In this document: piece after piece, positions 9,999-19,797 of the stretch
Layout of the letters: each line of letters starts with the position of its first letter
Position numbering within the stretch: position 1 is the stretch's first letter
Origin: Candidatus Latescibacterota bacterium
GTDB taxonomy: Bacteria > Latescibacterota > UBA2968
Length of the DNA: 64,000 nt
Reading direction: 5' to 3'
Assembly (NCBI GenBank): GCA_965208125.1
Contig: OZ242320.1
Span: 2,624,001-2,688,000 of the forward strand
Program-made: the position numbers and the translations under genes
Notes under the pieces: generated by a model
Told to the model about the DNA's origin: nothing
The model's database searches: none
What the model saw: the letters and a program-made list of their open reading frames with translations, nothing else

Positions 9999-11287
9999 GC
10001 CAGTGCATCTGCCTGTGCGCGGCTCTTAGATAGAAAGCGGTCCAGTTGCAGGCGCTCGGCATGGTTGGAATTGAGGCGAATGCGCAGGTGTACGTCGTTG
10101 CCCTCATAATCCCGGGTCAGTATTTCGCTGTGGGTGTAAAGTTGTGAGAGGAGTTTGCCTTCACTTTGTGGCACCTGAAGTTTCAGGGTGACTGCATCGG
10201 CAGCCAAAAAATCACATATCCCATTTTTGACCGCGTCGAGAGCAGCGGCATCGAGCGCAGAAATTGCAAGCGCATTGGGATTTTTTGCGCAGCGTTTTGC
10301 AATTTCTTTTTGTCGTTCAGAATCTGCGAGGTCCATTTTGTTATAGACAGTCAGGGCGGGTTTGTCATCAATTTTGAGTTTTGTGAGGACTTCGCTGACT
10401 GTGATCATTTGCATTTTGTATTGCGAATGGCTGGCATCGACAACGTGAAGGAGCAGGTCCGCCTGTACGGCTTCTTGTAATGTGGCGCGAAAGCAGGCAA
10501 AGAGGTGGTGCGGTAAGCGGTTGATAAAGCCGACGGTGTCGGTGAGCAAGATGGGGCGATGGCTGTGTACATCGACGCTGCGCGTGGTGTTGGTCAAAGT
10601 GGCAAAAAGCTGATTTTCGACCAGGACATTTTCACCTGAAAGCCCGCGCATAAGCGTGGATTTGCCCGCGTTAGTATAGCCTACGAGCACAACGTTAAAA
10701 CTATGGCTGCGCCCTTTGCGGCTGGTGTCCATTTGACGTCTCACTCGTTTGAGGCTGTCATGGAGGGATTTTCCGCGCTGTTCGATCCACCTGCGGGTGG
10801 TTTCGGTGTGCGTTTCACCCGAGCCGAGGCCTGCGCGACGTTCTGCGTGGGGATTAAACTGGCGAATGCGTGGGCGCAAATAACGCAGGTGGGCCATTTG
10901 TACTTGAATTTGTGCGGTGCGTGTGCGTGCGTGTAAAGCAAAAATATCGAGGATGAGCAGGCTGCGATCGAGGATGCGTATCTCAATATGGGTTTCGAGG
11001 TTGCGCATTTGCGAGGGCGAAAGGTCATTGTCAAAGATGATCGCGTCGATATCTCTGTTTTTGGCCATTTCTCGAAGTTCGTCGATTTTGCCCGAACCGA
11101 TATAGGTGGCTGGATCGGGTTTGTCGCGATTTTGCAATGTGCGATCAATTACCTCAAAGGTGGCAGTGGTGGCCAGGTGCGCGAGTTCTTCGAGAGATTC
11201 TCTGGCGCTGCGTGTGGAGATCCCGCGTTGCGCCACCCCAACGAGAACGGCACGTCGTATGCCCTGTGCGTCAAAGATATGATCCAT
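9995..11287 (-). CDS. hflX: GTPase HflX
   Basis: YIGSGKIDE, LSPSQMRNLE, GYTNAGKST (G1), LFATL, DTVGFI (G3), NKMD (G4). Confidence 0.93.
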   Translation of the reverse strand: MDHIFDAQGIRRAVLVGVAQRGISTRSARESLEELAHLATTATFEVIDRTLQNRDKPDPATYIGSGKIDELREMAKNRDIDAIIFDNDLSPSQMRNLETHIEIRILDRSLLILDIFALHARTRTAQIQVQMAHLRYLRPRIRQFNPHAERRAGLGSGETHTETTRRWIEQRGKSLHDSLKRVRRQMDTSRKGRSHSFNVVLVGYTNAGKSTLMRGLSGENVLVENQLFATLTNTTRSVDVHSHRPILLTDTVGFINRLPHHLFACFRATLQEAVQADLLLHVVDASHSQYKMQMITVSEVLTKLKIDDKPALTVYNKMDLADSERQKEIAKRCAKNPNALAISALDAAALDAVKNGICDFLAADAVTLKLQVPQSEGKLLSQLYTHSEILTRDYEGNDVHLRIRLNSNHAERLQLDRFLSKSRAQADALA

Positions 11288-11332
11288 GTTGCCTCCTGAG
11301 TTTTTAGCTTATATTCATGATAAGGTGAAGAT

Positions 11333-11863
11333 ATGTTGATGCAAAGTGAAATCGCTGGAGTAGGACGGCGTCTGCTGGCAACGGTGCTGGATTTTGTGAT
11401 TTTGCACCTGGTGCTGACGGTGGTTCTGCGCAATATGCTGCTATCGCCTGCGGGTGTGTGGATGGTAGATTTTGTTTTTATTGTGATATATTCCGCGATA
11501 TTTGTGGGGGTTATGGGCCAGACGCCGGGCAAGATGTTGTTGGGGTTGCGCGTGATTGATGCCCAGGGTGGTGGGTTGAGTTATGGGCAGACGTTTCGGC
11601 GTGCGGTGGTGAAGTGGGCGCCGGTTTTTGTGCTGTTTATTGTGATGGCTCTGTTGACGCCAGAGGAGTTGTACCAGCGTCCCTCAGATGGAGAGGGGAT
11701 CGAGATGGTAGAGGTGGAGGCGGAGTCTGCTGTGGCTTCTTCGACCGCAATGGTGATCGGTACGGTGGTCTGGGTGGTGTTGATTCACATGGCGCGCCGC
11801 CATCCCGATGGTCAGGGGATTCACGACCGCGTGGCAGAGACGTATGTGATTAAAACGAGGTGA
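11333..11863 (+). CDS. RDD-family membrane protein
   Basis: RRLLATVLD, GQTPGKMLLGLRV, QGIHDRVAETYV plus hydrophobic helices. Confidence 0.88.
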   Translation: MLMQSEIAGVGRRLLATVLDFVILHLVLTVVLRNMLLSPAGVWMVDFVFIVIYSAIFVGVMGQTPGKMLLGLRVIDAQGGGLSYGQTFRRAVVKWAPVFVLFIVMALLTPEELYQRPSDGEGIEMVEVEAESAVASSTAMVIGTVVWVVLIHMARRHPDGQGIHDRVAETYVIKTR

Positions 11864-11866
11864 TGA

Positions 11867-14170
11867 TTATCGGGTGCCTGGAATAAAGAAGACAGCATCT
11901 TTTTTTGTGCTCTGATCGGCGTTTTTATCTGTGATTGTGAGTTTGAGGGTGTAGCGTCCGGGCGCGAGGTTGCTGAGGGGCATTTCGAGATAGGTGTTTT
12001 CGTCGGGGTTTGTACCGACTTGATCAAAGCTGAGGCCAACGGCCTCGGTATTTTTTTTGCCCAATTTGGCGAGGAGGGATACGAGCGCGAAACCGGTTTC
12101 CTGGCGTTTTTGCACTTCGTAGGAGATGGTGTAGCGCGTCTGTCCAAATTCGTCGCGTTTGAGGTTGTAGATTTCAAAGTAAACGTACATGGACATGCCG
12201 GGGACAAAGGTTGCCGAGGGCTGCGGCTGAATGTAGAGGTCGCCGCGCACAAAGGATGTGTCGGGTGCGCGATCCGCTTCGATGATGCGGGAGGCGATCT
12301 GGATGTCGCTCATCATCAGATGGCTTTTGTCGTGATAGGCGGGCAAGTGAAGATTGGCCTGGCGATATGCGCCAATACGGTTGGTATTTTGACGCCACGC
12401 TTCAACGGCCAGTTCATATTCGCCGGGTTCGGCGATGTGGTGTACGCCGCTCAGGGCTTGTAAACCCCGGTCCCGGATATCATCGGTAATGTCGATGGCC
12501 AATGCACTTTTGGTGTTCTGAAAATTGAGGGCGCGAGGGTAGATAAGCGCGGTGCGGCGTTCGACGACCACAGTGGTGTCCGGATCTGTGGGCAGGGCCA
12601 CATTGTCTAAAGGCAGGCCAAATATGACCTGCAATTCGGTTTTGTTCTCCGGTCCCCGAAAGGTGAGGGTGTCGAAGTAAAAGTCGAGGGGTTCGAGCGC
12701 TTCTATGCTGTACAATTCGGGTTCTACTGCCGCGAGCGATTGGGCGAGGGTGGCGGGGTTAAATTCGTTGAGGCGCTGAATCACGCTCATATACGAGCGC
12801 CCGGAGGATTCGGCATTGGCGAGATCTTCTTCGGTTAGCGATGGGACGGGGGCAAAATCGTAGTTCCCGCCCAAAAATTCATCGGTAAATGTAAATTCTG
12901 CGCCCTGTCCGAGGTCTTTGTATAGCCATACTTCCCAGGGGACAGAGGTCCAGCCGCTGGTCGTTGTGACAGGACGGTAGTCTGTAAAGCCCATATCGCC
13001 CACGCGACCTATGCCACCTTGCTCCATGGTGCGAATCGGATAGACGGGACCGACGAAGTTGGCCTCAATGCCCGCATCGCCGTAAATTGCGTACGCTCTT
13101 TGTTCTTGAATGCGCTGTACGTCGAGTGGGACAATGGCATTGAGTTTTCGGGAGGTGGAGATGTAGTCGGGTTCGCCATATCGGATGTAGATTTCTCCTC
13201 GGCGATCCCACGGCCACTTTTTGCCAAAATGGGTTCTCGCATGCCATATCCTGCGGTAGTGTTCGGCTCGGCGCAGTGCGCCTCCCGAGGTTTTAAAGGG
13301 ATCTTTTTGCAACCAGAAGCGTGTGAGAAAACGCTCGCGTTGTGTTTTGTCGTCCGAGGCTGACGCGAGGCGGTAAGCGCGCGCTTCGGCTCTTGAGCCG
13401 ATGTAAGAGATGTCGTCAAAGAGAGGCTGTTCTTCTTTCGGCAGGGTCTCGATATAGCGTTGAAATGCCGCCAGTGCGCCTTCGTGGTCGCGTCTTTTTA
13501 TGAGGGTCTGGGCGAGCAATGGCAGTGCGCGGGGGTCTCGCATGCGCGATGTGATGTCTTCGAGGTCGCGGTATTTTTTGGCTTCGTATAGCGCGTAGGC
13601 AAATTGGTATGCGGTTTCGTGGTCTTCGGGGTTGCGCTCGAGGTATTTTTTGTAGTAGTAGAGCGCGACCTGATGCGCGCTACCTTCTTTGCGATGGGCG
13701 CGAGCGAGCAGGAGATAGGGCGAAGACAGGTCGGGGAATCGCGCAATGGTTTGTGAGGCCGCTTTTCGTGCGCGGCTTCCAGTGTCTTCGAGTGCGAGCA
13801 GGGTTTTGATAAGGCGGTCGTGGGCGTCCGCATCTGTGGTGTCGATGGCGACCGCTTTTTCGTAGTGCGACAACGCGCGGTCGGGTTTATTGTGCAGATT
13901 TTGGTACACGCGACCCAGGCCCGTGTGGGCAATTGCGAGGTTGGGGCGTAAGGCGAGTGCATTTTGAAAGGCTGCTTCAGCGCTGTCGGCTTCTTCAAGG
14001 CGCAAATAGAGCAGGCCCATGCGCGCATAGTTCGCCGATGAATCAGACGCGGTAGCCAGATCTGCTTTCAACCGGTTGATGACGTCGTGGAGGTCGCGGT
14101 TTTGCGCGAATCCCGTGCTTGCAAAACTGATGAGGAGTAGATAAATGGTTGAGTAGAAGACTTTGTGCAT
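11867..14170 (-). CDS. Secreted TPR-repeat protein with a GWxTD-like domain
   Basis: Signal peptide; N-terminal TPR-like repeats; FWLQKDP...EHYRRIWHA...WDRRGEIYIRYGEPD core; C-terminal beta domain (VYFEIYNL...PGRYTLKLTITD). Confidence 0.8.
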   Translation of the reverse strand: MHKVFYSTIYLLLISFASTGFAQNRDLHDVINRLKADLATASDSSANYARMGLLYLRLEEADSAEAAFQNALALRPNLAIAHTGLGRVYQNLHNKPDRALSHYEKAVAIDTTDADAHDRLIKTLLALEDTGSRARKAASQTIARFPDLSSPYLLLARAHRKEGSAHQVALYYYKKYLERNPEDHETAYQFAYALYEAKKYRDLEDITSRMRDPRALPLLAQTLIKRRDHEGALAAFQRYIETLPKEEQPLFDDISYIGSRAEARAYRLASASDDKTQRERFLTRFWLQKDPFKTSGGALRRAEHYRRIWHARTHFGKKWPWDRRGEIYIRYGEPDYISTSRKLNAIVPLDVQRIQEQRAYAIYGDAGIEANFVGPVYPIRTMEQGGIGRVGDMGFTDYRPVTTTSGWTSVPWEVWLYKDLGQGAEFTFTDEFLGGNYDFAPVPSLTEEDLANAESSGRSYMSVIQRLNEFNPATLAQSLAAVEPELYSIEALEPLDFYFDTLTFRGPENKTELQVIFGLPLDNVALPTDPDTTVVVERRTALIYPRALNFQNTKSALAIDITDDIRDRGLQALSGVHHIAEPGEYELAVEAWRQNTNRIGAYRQANLHLPAYHDKSHLMMSDIQIASRIIEADRAPDTSFVRGDLYIQPQPSATFVPGMSMYVYFEIYNLKRDEFGQTRYTISYEVQKRQETGFALVSLLAKLGKKNTEAVGLSFDQVGTNPDENTYLEMPLSNLAPGRYTLKLTITDKNADQSTKKDAVFFIPGTR

Positions 14171-14314
14171 GGATAATCCTTAGTAAGTGCCGCGGTAGTT
14201 TTTACACGTTTGTTTGGGTTTTTGGTTTCTTTTTAACATTAAAAACTTTTGTTGAATTTCTCAATGACTTTTGCGACTTATGAGGCTGTAAAGGTATAAA
14301 TATATCTAATTTTC

Positions 14315-14343
14315 TTGACTTAGTTGAAGGGGCGTTTTATTTT
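14315..14343 (+). promoter_or_regulatory. Putative sigma70 promoter for the PTS EIIA gene
   Basis: TTGACT-N17-TATTTT; the same hexamer pair occurs in front of topA. Confidence 0.5.
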
Positions 14344-14419
14344 CCGTCTGAAAGCGATGTGTGCGGGATAGGCACACAGGCAGGGATGTCTATGCTCTCA
14401 CTCGAATGAAAGGGCATTT

Positions 14420-14881
14420 ATGACGTTGATGGAGATTCTGTCGGGCAAATCGGTCATTATCGGGCTTAAGGGACAAAACAAGCGGGAAATTCTCGAAGAG
14501 CTTGTTAATGAACTCGAAGTAGGCGATAAAATTACTGACCGAGATAAGGTACTCCAGGCGGTTTTGGACCGCGAAGATATTATGAGTACGGGTATTGGGC
14601 ACGGTATTGCCATTCCCCATGGGAAGTCGGAATATGCCACGACGTTGGGAGGTGTGCTGGGCATCAAGTCAGAAGGTATCAATTTTAATGCTTTAGATGG
14701 TAAAAAGACCTACATTTTTTTTCTTTTGGTTTCGCCTCTGGATGTCTCGGGACCGCATATTAAAGCCTTAGCGCGTATATCACGAGTGCTTAAGGGAGAG
14801 GATTTTAGACAGCGTTTGATTGGCATTAGAAATCGCGAGGAGGCTCTGGCGATTATTGAGACAGAAGATAAGAAATACTAA
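14420..14881 (+). CDS. PTS EIIA domain protein (PtsN/fructose-mannitol type)
   Basis: REDIMSTGIGHGIAIPHGK phospho-His motif; HIKALARISR. Confidence 0.9.
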   Translation: MTLMEILSGKSVIIGLKGQNKREILEELVNELEVGDKITDRDKVLQAVLDREDIMSTGIGHGIAIPHGKSEYATTLGGVLGIKSEGINFNALDGKKTYIFFLLVSPLDVSGPHIKALARISRVLKGEDFRQRLIGIRNREEALAIIETEDKKY

Positions 14882-14907
14882 TAAATATCATAAGATTTTA
14901 CCCTATG

Positions 14908-14935
14908 CCTGCTTTGCAGAAAAGCAGGTTTTTTT
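14908..14935 (+). terminator. Intrinsic terminator after the PTS EIIA gene
   Basis: cctgcttt-gcaga-aaagcagg followed by T7. Confidence 0.7.
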
Positions 14936-14950
14936 GTTTGAGCATTTTTT

Positions 14951-17011
14951 ATGTTCGGTATTTCATTTACAAATCCAATGCTGTTGCACGGTTTGTGGGC
15001 GGCGCTGTTGCCGCTTGTGATTCATTTGTTGAATCGGCGTCGTACGGTAACGGTGTCGTTTTCAAATGTGGCGCTTTTGCAAAGGCTCCAGTACGACCGC
15101 ATGCGACGGCTAAAATTAAAGCATCTCGCGTTACTCATTTTGCGAACTCTGCTCATTGTTTTGCTGGTACTGGCTTTTGCGCGTCCGACTTTGAGTGGGG
15201 GTAGTGGGCAGGTGGGCGATGCGGGTACGGCGGCGTTTATTTTGCTCGATCGTTCGTTGAGTATGCAATATCGCACAGCAGAAGGTACGTTGTTTGAGCG
15301 GGCGCTTCGCAAGGTACAGGCTCTGTTGTCCCTGTTTGATGAGCGCGACGATGTGCGGCTGGCACTGATCGACAATGGCGTTGAGGAGGTCGATGTGATC
15401 TCGCCAGAGCGGTTGCGGTTGCTTACAGATACGCTGCAACCCGGTTTTAGCAGTACAGATTTTGAGGCGGGATTGCAATTGGCTTTGTCGCATTTGTCCG
15501 GGTCACAGATGCCCAACCGCGAGTTGTATTTTGTAACAGATCGCGCTTATAATGGATGGACGAATTTGCCCGATACATTGTCAAATTTGGACGATATGTC
15601 GGTGTACATCCTTTCCGAGCGGCCTTCGCAAGTTGCCAATATCGGCATTGGGCAGATCAATACGACTTCTCCAGAGGTCGGGCGTTCAACCGCGCTGGGG
15701 ATCGAACTGATCAATTACGGCGCGGCAAATCGAGGCGATGTGCCTGTGCAGATATTTTTAGATGGTCGGCGCATCGGCCAGGATATTGCCCATGTGCCTG
15801 CGGGCGGGCGTCGCAAATTGCATACGTCGTTTGTGCCCAAAACAGGGGGGGATGTTTCCCTGCGTGTGGAAATAGGAGAAGATGATCTCGAGGCCGATAA
15901 CAAGTGCGTGACAGTGTTGCGCGTTCCAGAGCGCATCCGCATTTTGCTGGTAGGGGATGCGTCCTACGAGTCTTACTATCTCGCAGAGGCTTTGTCCGTT
16001 GTCTCAAGCGAGGTGGTACAGGTTAAACCCGAGCGCGTATCAGATCAGGTGTTGGAAGATATTGATGTGGTTTTTTTGTGCAATGTTGCGCGGCTTTCTA
16101 CAGGTGGGATTGCCGCTTTGCAAAATCGAATATCGCGCGGGGTTGGCCTGGCTATTTTTTTAGGGGATCAGATTGATGTCCGATATTATAATGAGCATGT
16201 GTTACCCGCGCTTTTTCCCGCTAAATTACTCGGTACGCGGGGCGCGTTGTCGGGTGCTTATCAGGCTTTGCAGACGGTTTTGCCCGATCATCCCATGCTG
16301 TCGGGTCTGGAACTCAAAGGGGCATTTCAAAGTCCGCGTTTTTTTGTTTCTTATCGGGTTTTGCCTGCGGCAGATGCACAATCTGTGTTGTCCTTTGCTT
16401 CGGGAGCACCCGCGCTTCTCGAAGCGCGCAAGGGCAATGGGCGCGTCGTGCTGTTCGCGTCTTCGGTGAGTGCGAATTTGGGATGGAATGACGCGCCGCT
16501 TTCCGGTTTTTTTGTTCCATTTGTGCATCGCCTGAGCGGATATCTGGCGGCTGGGGCGTTTGGTCGATCTGACTATCGCGTCGGTCAAGTTGTGTACAGA
16601 GATATCCGACGGGAAAATGCTTCTGAAGCTGTTCTTCAGGCACCGGGTGGAGAACCCAGAACAATTTGGCCTCAACAACGCGGCTTGCAATCGGTGTGGC
16701 CGGTTGGGGTAGTAGATGCGCCAGGGCTGTGGGAAATTTTTGCGCGCGAGCGCGTCTCTGATCGCTTTGCCGTTCAGATTGATGCGCGCGAACCCGATTT
16801 GACCCCGGTTCCGATAGCGCGACTCGAGGCACTTTTTGGTAAAGATCGCTTGCGCGTTGTGGATGGCAAGGCCGATTTGAAGGAGGCGATTCTTTCTCAG
16901 AGGCACGGCCAGGAGCTTTGGCGATGGGTGTTGTTGATGGCCTTGATGGCGATGGGTGCAGAGATGCTCATTGCACAGTCTGCGCGCACGAGCCGCGGGA
17001 CGCAACCTTGA
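14951..17011 (+). CDS. BatA N-terminal domain, vWA and glutamine-amidotransferase-like membrane protein
   Basis: FTNPMLLHGLWAALLPLVIHLLNRRR...LAFARP (BatA); LLDRSLSM MIDAS; C-terminal ELWRWVLLMAL helix. Confidence 0.85.
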   Translation: MFGISFTNPMLLHGLWAALLPLVIHLLNRRRTVTVSFSNVALLQRLQYDRMRRLKLKHLALLILRTLLIVLLVLAFARPTLSGGSGQVGDAGTAAFILLDRSLSMQYRTAEGTLFERALRKVQALLSLFDERDDVRLALIDNGVEEVDVISPERLRLLTDTLQPGFSSTDFEAGLQLALSHLSGSQMPNRELYFVTDRAYNGWTNLPDTLSNLDDMSVYILSERPSQVANIGIGQINTTSPEVGRSTALGIELINYGAANRGDVPVQIFLDGRRIGQDIAHVPAGGRRKLHTSFVPKTGGDVSLRVEIGEDDLEADNKCVTVLRVPERIRILLVGDASYESYYLAEALSVVSSEVVQVKPERVSDQVLEDIDVVFLCNVARLSTGGIAALQNRISRGVGLAIFLGDQIDVRYYNEHVLPALFPAKLLGTRGALSGAYQALQTVLPDHPMLSGLELKGAFQSPRFFVSYRVLPAADAQSVLSFASGAPALLEARKGNGRVVLFASSVSANLGWNDAPLSGFFVPFVHRLSGYLAAGAFGRSDYRVGQVVYRDIRRENASEAVLQAPGGEPRTIWPQQRGLQSVWPVGVVDAPGLWEIFARERVSDRFAVQIDAREPDLTPVPIARLEALFGKDRLRVVDGKADLKEAILSQRHGQELWRWVLLMALMAMGAEMLIAQSARTSRGTQP

Positions 17012-17036
17012 CTTTTGTAATTGGTGCGCGTATTTT
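17008..17036 (+). promoter_or_regulatory. Putative sigma70 promoter for topA
   Basis: TTGACT-N17-TATTTT about 60 nt upstream of topA. Confidence 0.55.
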
Positions 17037-17098
17037 TGAATTTTGAGCAGGCACAGAGGCGCTGTCCCTACTTCATTTGAACGATAAAGGATGTTTTG

Positions 17099-19543
17099 AT
17101 GGCGAAAAATTTGATTATTGTTGAATCACCTGCCAAAGCGCGGACAATTTCTCGATTTGTGGGCAAGGACTACAAAGTTGCCGCTTCTATGGGGCATGTG
17201 CGCGATCTTCCCGCACGCGAATTGGGCTTTGATGTAGAGAGTTTTGATCCCAAATACGTCGTGTCGCAAGACAAGCGCAGCGTGATTCAGGCGCTTAAAA
17301 AAGATATTGAAAAAGATACGACTGTATATCTGGCAACAGACGAAGACCGCGAAGGGGAATCTATTTCGTGGCATCTGATTTCCGCGCTGAGGCTTAAAAA
17401 TCAGCCCATTAAGCGGATTGTGTTCCACGAGATTACCCGGTCTGCGATTTTGCACGCGCTTGAAAATCCCCGCGAATTGGATCAAAATCTGGTCGATGCA
17501 CAACAGGCGCGTCGCATTTTGGATCGCGCTGTGGGATATCAGTTGTCGCCTTTGTTGTGGCGAAAGGTAAAGGGCGGATTGTCAGCCGGGCGCGTACAGA
17601 GTGTGGCGGTGCGGATTATTGTTGATCGGGAACGGGAGATTCGGGCGTTTAAGCCAGAGGAGTATTGGAGGATTAAATCCGATTTTAAGGATCCCAAATT
17701 TCAGGCTGAATTGACGCGGCAGAATGGCAAAAAAGCGTCTGTGAAAAATGAAGCCGAGGCCAAAGCTATTGAGGCGAGTGCGCTGAAGGGACAATTTGTC
17801 GTGACAGAGGTGGTCGAGCGCGAGGGCGTGCGGCGGCCCGTGCCTCCGTTTACGACATCGACGCTGCAACAAGAGGCGTCTCGCAAGCTAAGTTTTTCCG
17901 TGTCGCAGACGATGCGGGTTGCGCAACAGCTTTACGAGGGCAATTTTGAAATTCCCGGATATACCGGCGGTTTGATTACGTATATGCGTACCGATTCGGT
18001 GAGTTTGGCCGAGCAGGCGGTGAATCAGGCGCGGGAGGTGATCGCGCGGGAATTTGGTCGGGATTACACCGTGGAAAAGCCCCGCCGATTTGCCAATAGA
18101 ACCAGGGGGGCGCAAGAAGCGCACGAGGCAATTCGTCCGGCGGATTTGTCGATTAAACCCAACCGCGTTAGAGCACATCTCGATCCCCGACAATTTCGGC
18201 TGTACGATTTGATCTGGAAGCGCACGTTGGCGACGCAGATGGCCGATGCGCGCATTGCATATACAACGATTCGCATTCGGGCAGGTGAAGCGGGTGAATT
18301 GATTTTTGAGGCAAAGGGACAGCGCGTTTTATTCCCTGGATTTTTGAGGGTTTATGCCGAGGGGTCCGATAATCCAGATGCGGACGTTAGCAACAAAGAT
18401 GTGATTTTGCCCAGGGTTGCTAAGGGACAGGTGCTCAATTTGGAGAAGTTGCATTTGGAGCAGTTGTTTACCAAACCGCCCGCGCGTTATACCGAGGCTT
18501 CGCTGGTGAAGAAGCTCGAGAGCGAGGGTATTGGGCGCCCTTCGACTTATTCGCCGACGATTTCGACGATTCAGAGCCGGGAATATGTGGAACGCACGCG
18601 GGATAAGAAACTCAAACCCACAGATATCGGCGAGGTGGTGAACGATTTTCTGACGGAGCACTTTCCCGATATTGTCGATTTGCGTTTTACGTCGCATCTC
18701 GAAGACGATTTTGACGAGATTGCCCAGGGCAAAAATTCCTGGAAGGCGATGTTGGAAGGGTTTTATCCGCCGTTTAATAAGCGGGTAGAAGACAAAAAGT
18801 CGGTTGATAAAATTGGGCGCAGTCTGGGCAAAGATCCCAATACGGGGCGCGAGGTGAGTGTGCGTTTTGGACAGTATGGTCCCTTTGTTCAGATTGGTAG
18901 TGCGGGTGAAAAAGAAAAGCCCCAGTTTGCATCTTTGCCATCCAATCGGAGTATTTTTGATATTGAATTGGCCGATGCTCTCAAGTGTTTTGAATTGCCG
19001 CGCAAACTCGGGCAAAATGATGCGGGCGATGAGGTGCAGGTCAATAGTGGTCGGTATGGTCCCTATGTGCGAATAGGTCGCAACTTTTTCTCCCTGCCAG
19101 AGGGAGAGGATCTGTTTGCGGTGACGCTGGATCGCGCGCTGGAGATCGCGGCGGCTGAGAAGGATCGCAAAGCCAAAAATGTGATTCAGGATTTTGGCGA
19201 TTTCCAGGTGCTCAATGGGCGGTATGGTCCTTATATTCGCAAAGATGGAAAGAATTACAAGATTCCCAGAGGGATGGATGCGGCGACATTGGACCGCGAG
19301 ACGCTCGAACAATTCATGCAGGGCGGAGCAGGCGGCAGGCAGTCGCAGAATGTGATTCACGATTTTGACGGGATTCAGGTTCTCGCCGGGCGCTATGGTC
19401 CTTATATCAAACACGATGGAAATAATTACCGCATTCCAAAGGGCGTAGAGGCGTCGTCTTTGACGCAGGCGGCTTGCGAGAAAATTATCGCTGAAAACCC
19501 GGCGACGAATAGGAGAAGGTCGAGAAGAAGAAGTAGGAAGTGA
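17099..19543 (+). CDS. topA: DNA topoisomerase I with C-terminal GRYGPY-type repeats
   Basis: IVESPAKA, ATDEDREGE, SAGRVQS, ITYMRTDS, AQEAHEAIRP; four G(Q/R)YGP(F/Y) repeats and no Zn ribbons. Confidence 0.97.
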   Translation: MAKNLIIVESPAKARTISRFVGKDYKVAASMGHVRDLPARELGFDVESFDPKYVVSQDKRSVIQALKKDIEKDTTVYLATDEDREGESISWHLISALRLKNQPIKRIVFHEITRSAILHALENPRELDQNLVDAQQARRILDRAVGYQLSPLLWRKVKGGLSAGRVQSVAVRIIVDREREIRAFKPEEYWRIKSDFKDPKFQAELTRQNGKKASVKNEAEAKAIEASALKGQFVVTEVVEREGVRRPVPPFTTSTLQQEASRKLSFSVSQTMRVAQQLYEGNFEIPGYTGGLITYMRTDSVSLAEQAVNQAREVIAREFGRDYTVEKPRRFANRTRGAQEAHEAIRPADLSIKPNRVRAHLDPRQFRLYDLIWKRTLATQMADARIAYTTIRIRAGEAGELIFEAKGQRVLFPGFLRVYAEGSDNPDADVSNKDVILPRVAKGQVLNLEKLHLEQLFTKPPARYTEASLVKKLESEGIGRPSTYSPTISTIQSREYVERTRDKKLKPTDIGEVVNDFLTEHFPDIVDLRFTSHLEDDFDEIAQGKNSWKAMLEGFYPPFNKRVEDKKSVDKIGRSLGKDPNTGREVSVRFGQYGPFVQIGSAGEKEKPQFASLPSNRSIFDIELADALKCFELPRKLGQNDAGDEVQVNSGRYGPYVRIGRNFFSLPEGEDLFAVTLDRALEIAAAEKDRKAKNVIQDFGDFQVLNGRYGPYIRKDGKNYKIPRGMDAATLDRETLEQFMQGGAGGRQSQNVIHDFDGIQVLAGRYGPYIKHDGNNYRIPKGVEASSLTQAACEKIIAENPATNRRRSRRRSRK

Positions 19544-19560
19544 GAAATGTGAAGGGTGAA
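19530..19560 (+). repeat. Heptamer array overlapping the topA stop codon
   Basis: gaagtag gaagtga gaaatgt gaagggt gaa. Confidence 0.6.
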
Positions 19561-19565
19561 CAACC

Positions 19566-19725
19566 GTAGGGGCGAAAAATTTTTCGCCCGTTGTTGTAGG
19601 GGCAATCCCTCGTGGTTGCCCGTTGTTGGTAGGGGCGAGGCATGTCTCGCTCATCATCGCGGCCCCTGCTTAAAACATGCAGGGGCAGGCTATAGGGTTG
19701 TAGGGGACGGCCCCTGTGTCGTCCC
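19566..19725 (+). repeat. Cluster of four GTAG-type REP-like palindromes plus one extra hairpin
   Basis: gtaggggcgaaaaatttttcgccc (19566), gtaggggcaatccctcgtggttgccc (19596), gtaggggcgaggcatgtctcgctc (19629), gtaggggacggcccctgtgtcgtccc (19700); gcccctgc...gcaggggc hairpin 19662-19686. Confidence 0.85.
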
Positions 19726-19728
19726 GTG

Positions 19729-19762
19729 TGTCATTGCGGCATGATGTTGAGCCGCAATCCAG
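19729..19762 (+). repeat. TGTCATTGCGGC...GCCGCAATCCAG palindromic element, copy 1
   Basis: tgtcattgcggcatgatgttgagccgcaatccag; near-identical inverted copy at 49380-49412. Confidence 0.85.
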
Positions 19763-19797
19763 AAAGTTTTAAAAGACTGTGTGAAGCGGGGTGGTCT

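Noticed and set aside
18329-19657. 442-aa minus-strand ORF, and similar long antisense ORFs at 655-1608, 5592-6629, 45509-46609, 58571-59521 and 59525-60442
   Set aside because: They lie opposite well-supported genes (topA, sulfatase, aceE, metG, valS) and have no recognisable motifs, as expected for antisense shadows of codon bias
19566-19725. Possible CRISPR array
   Set aside because: Units share only a 7-nt head, spacers are mostly a few nt, and there are no cas genes; fits REP-like palindromes
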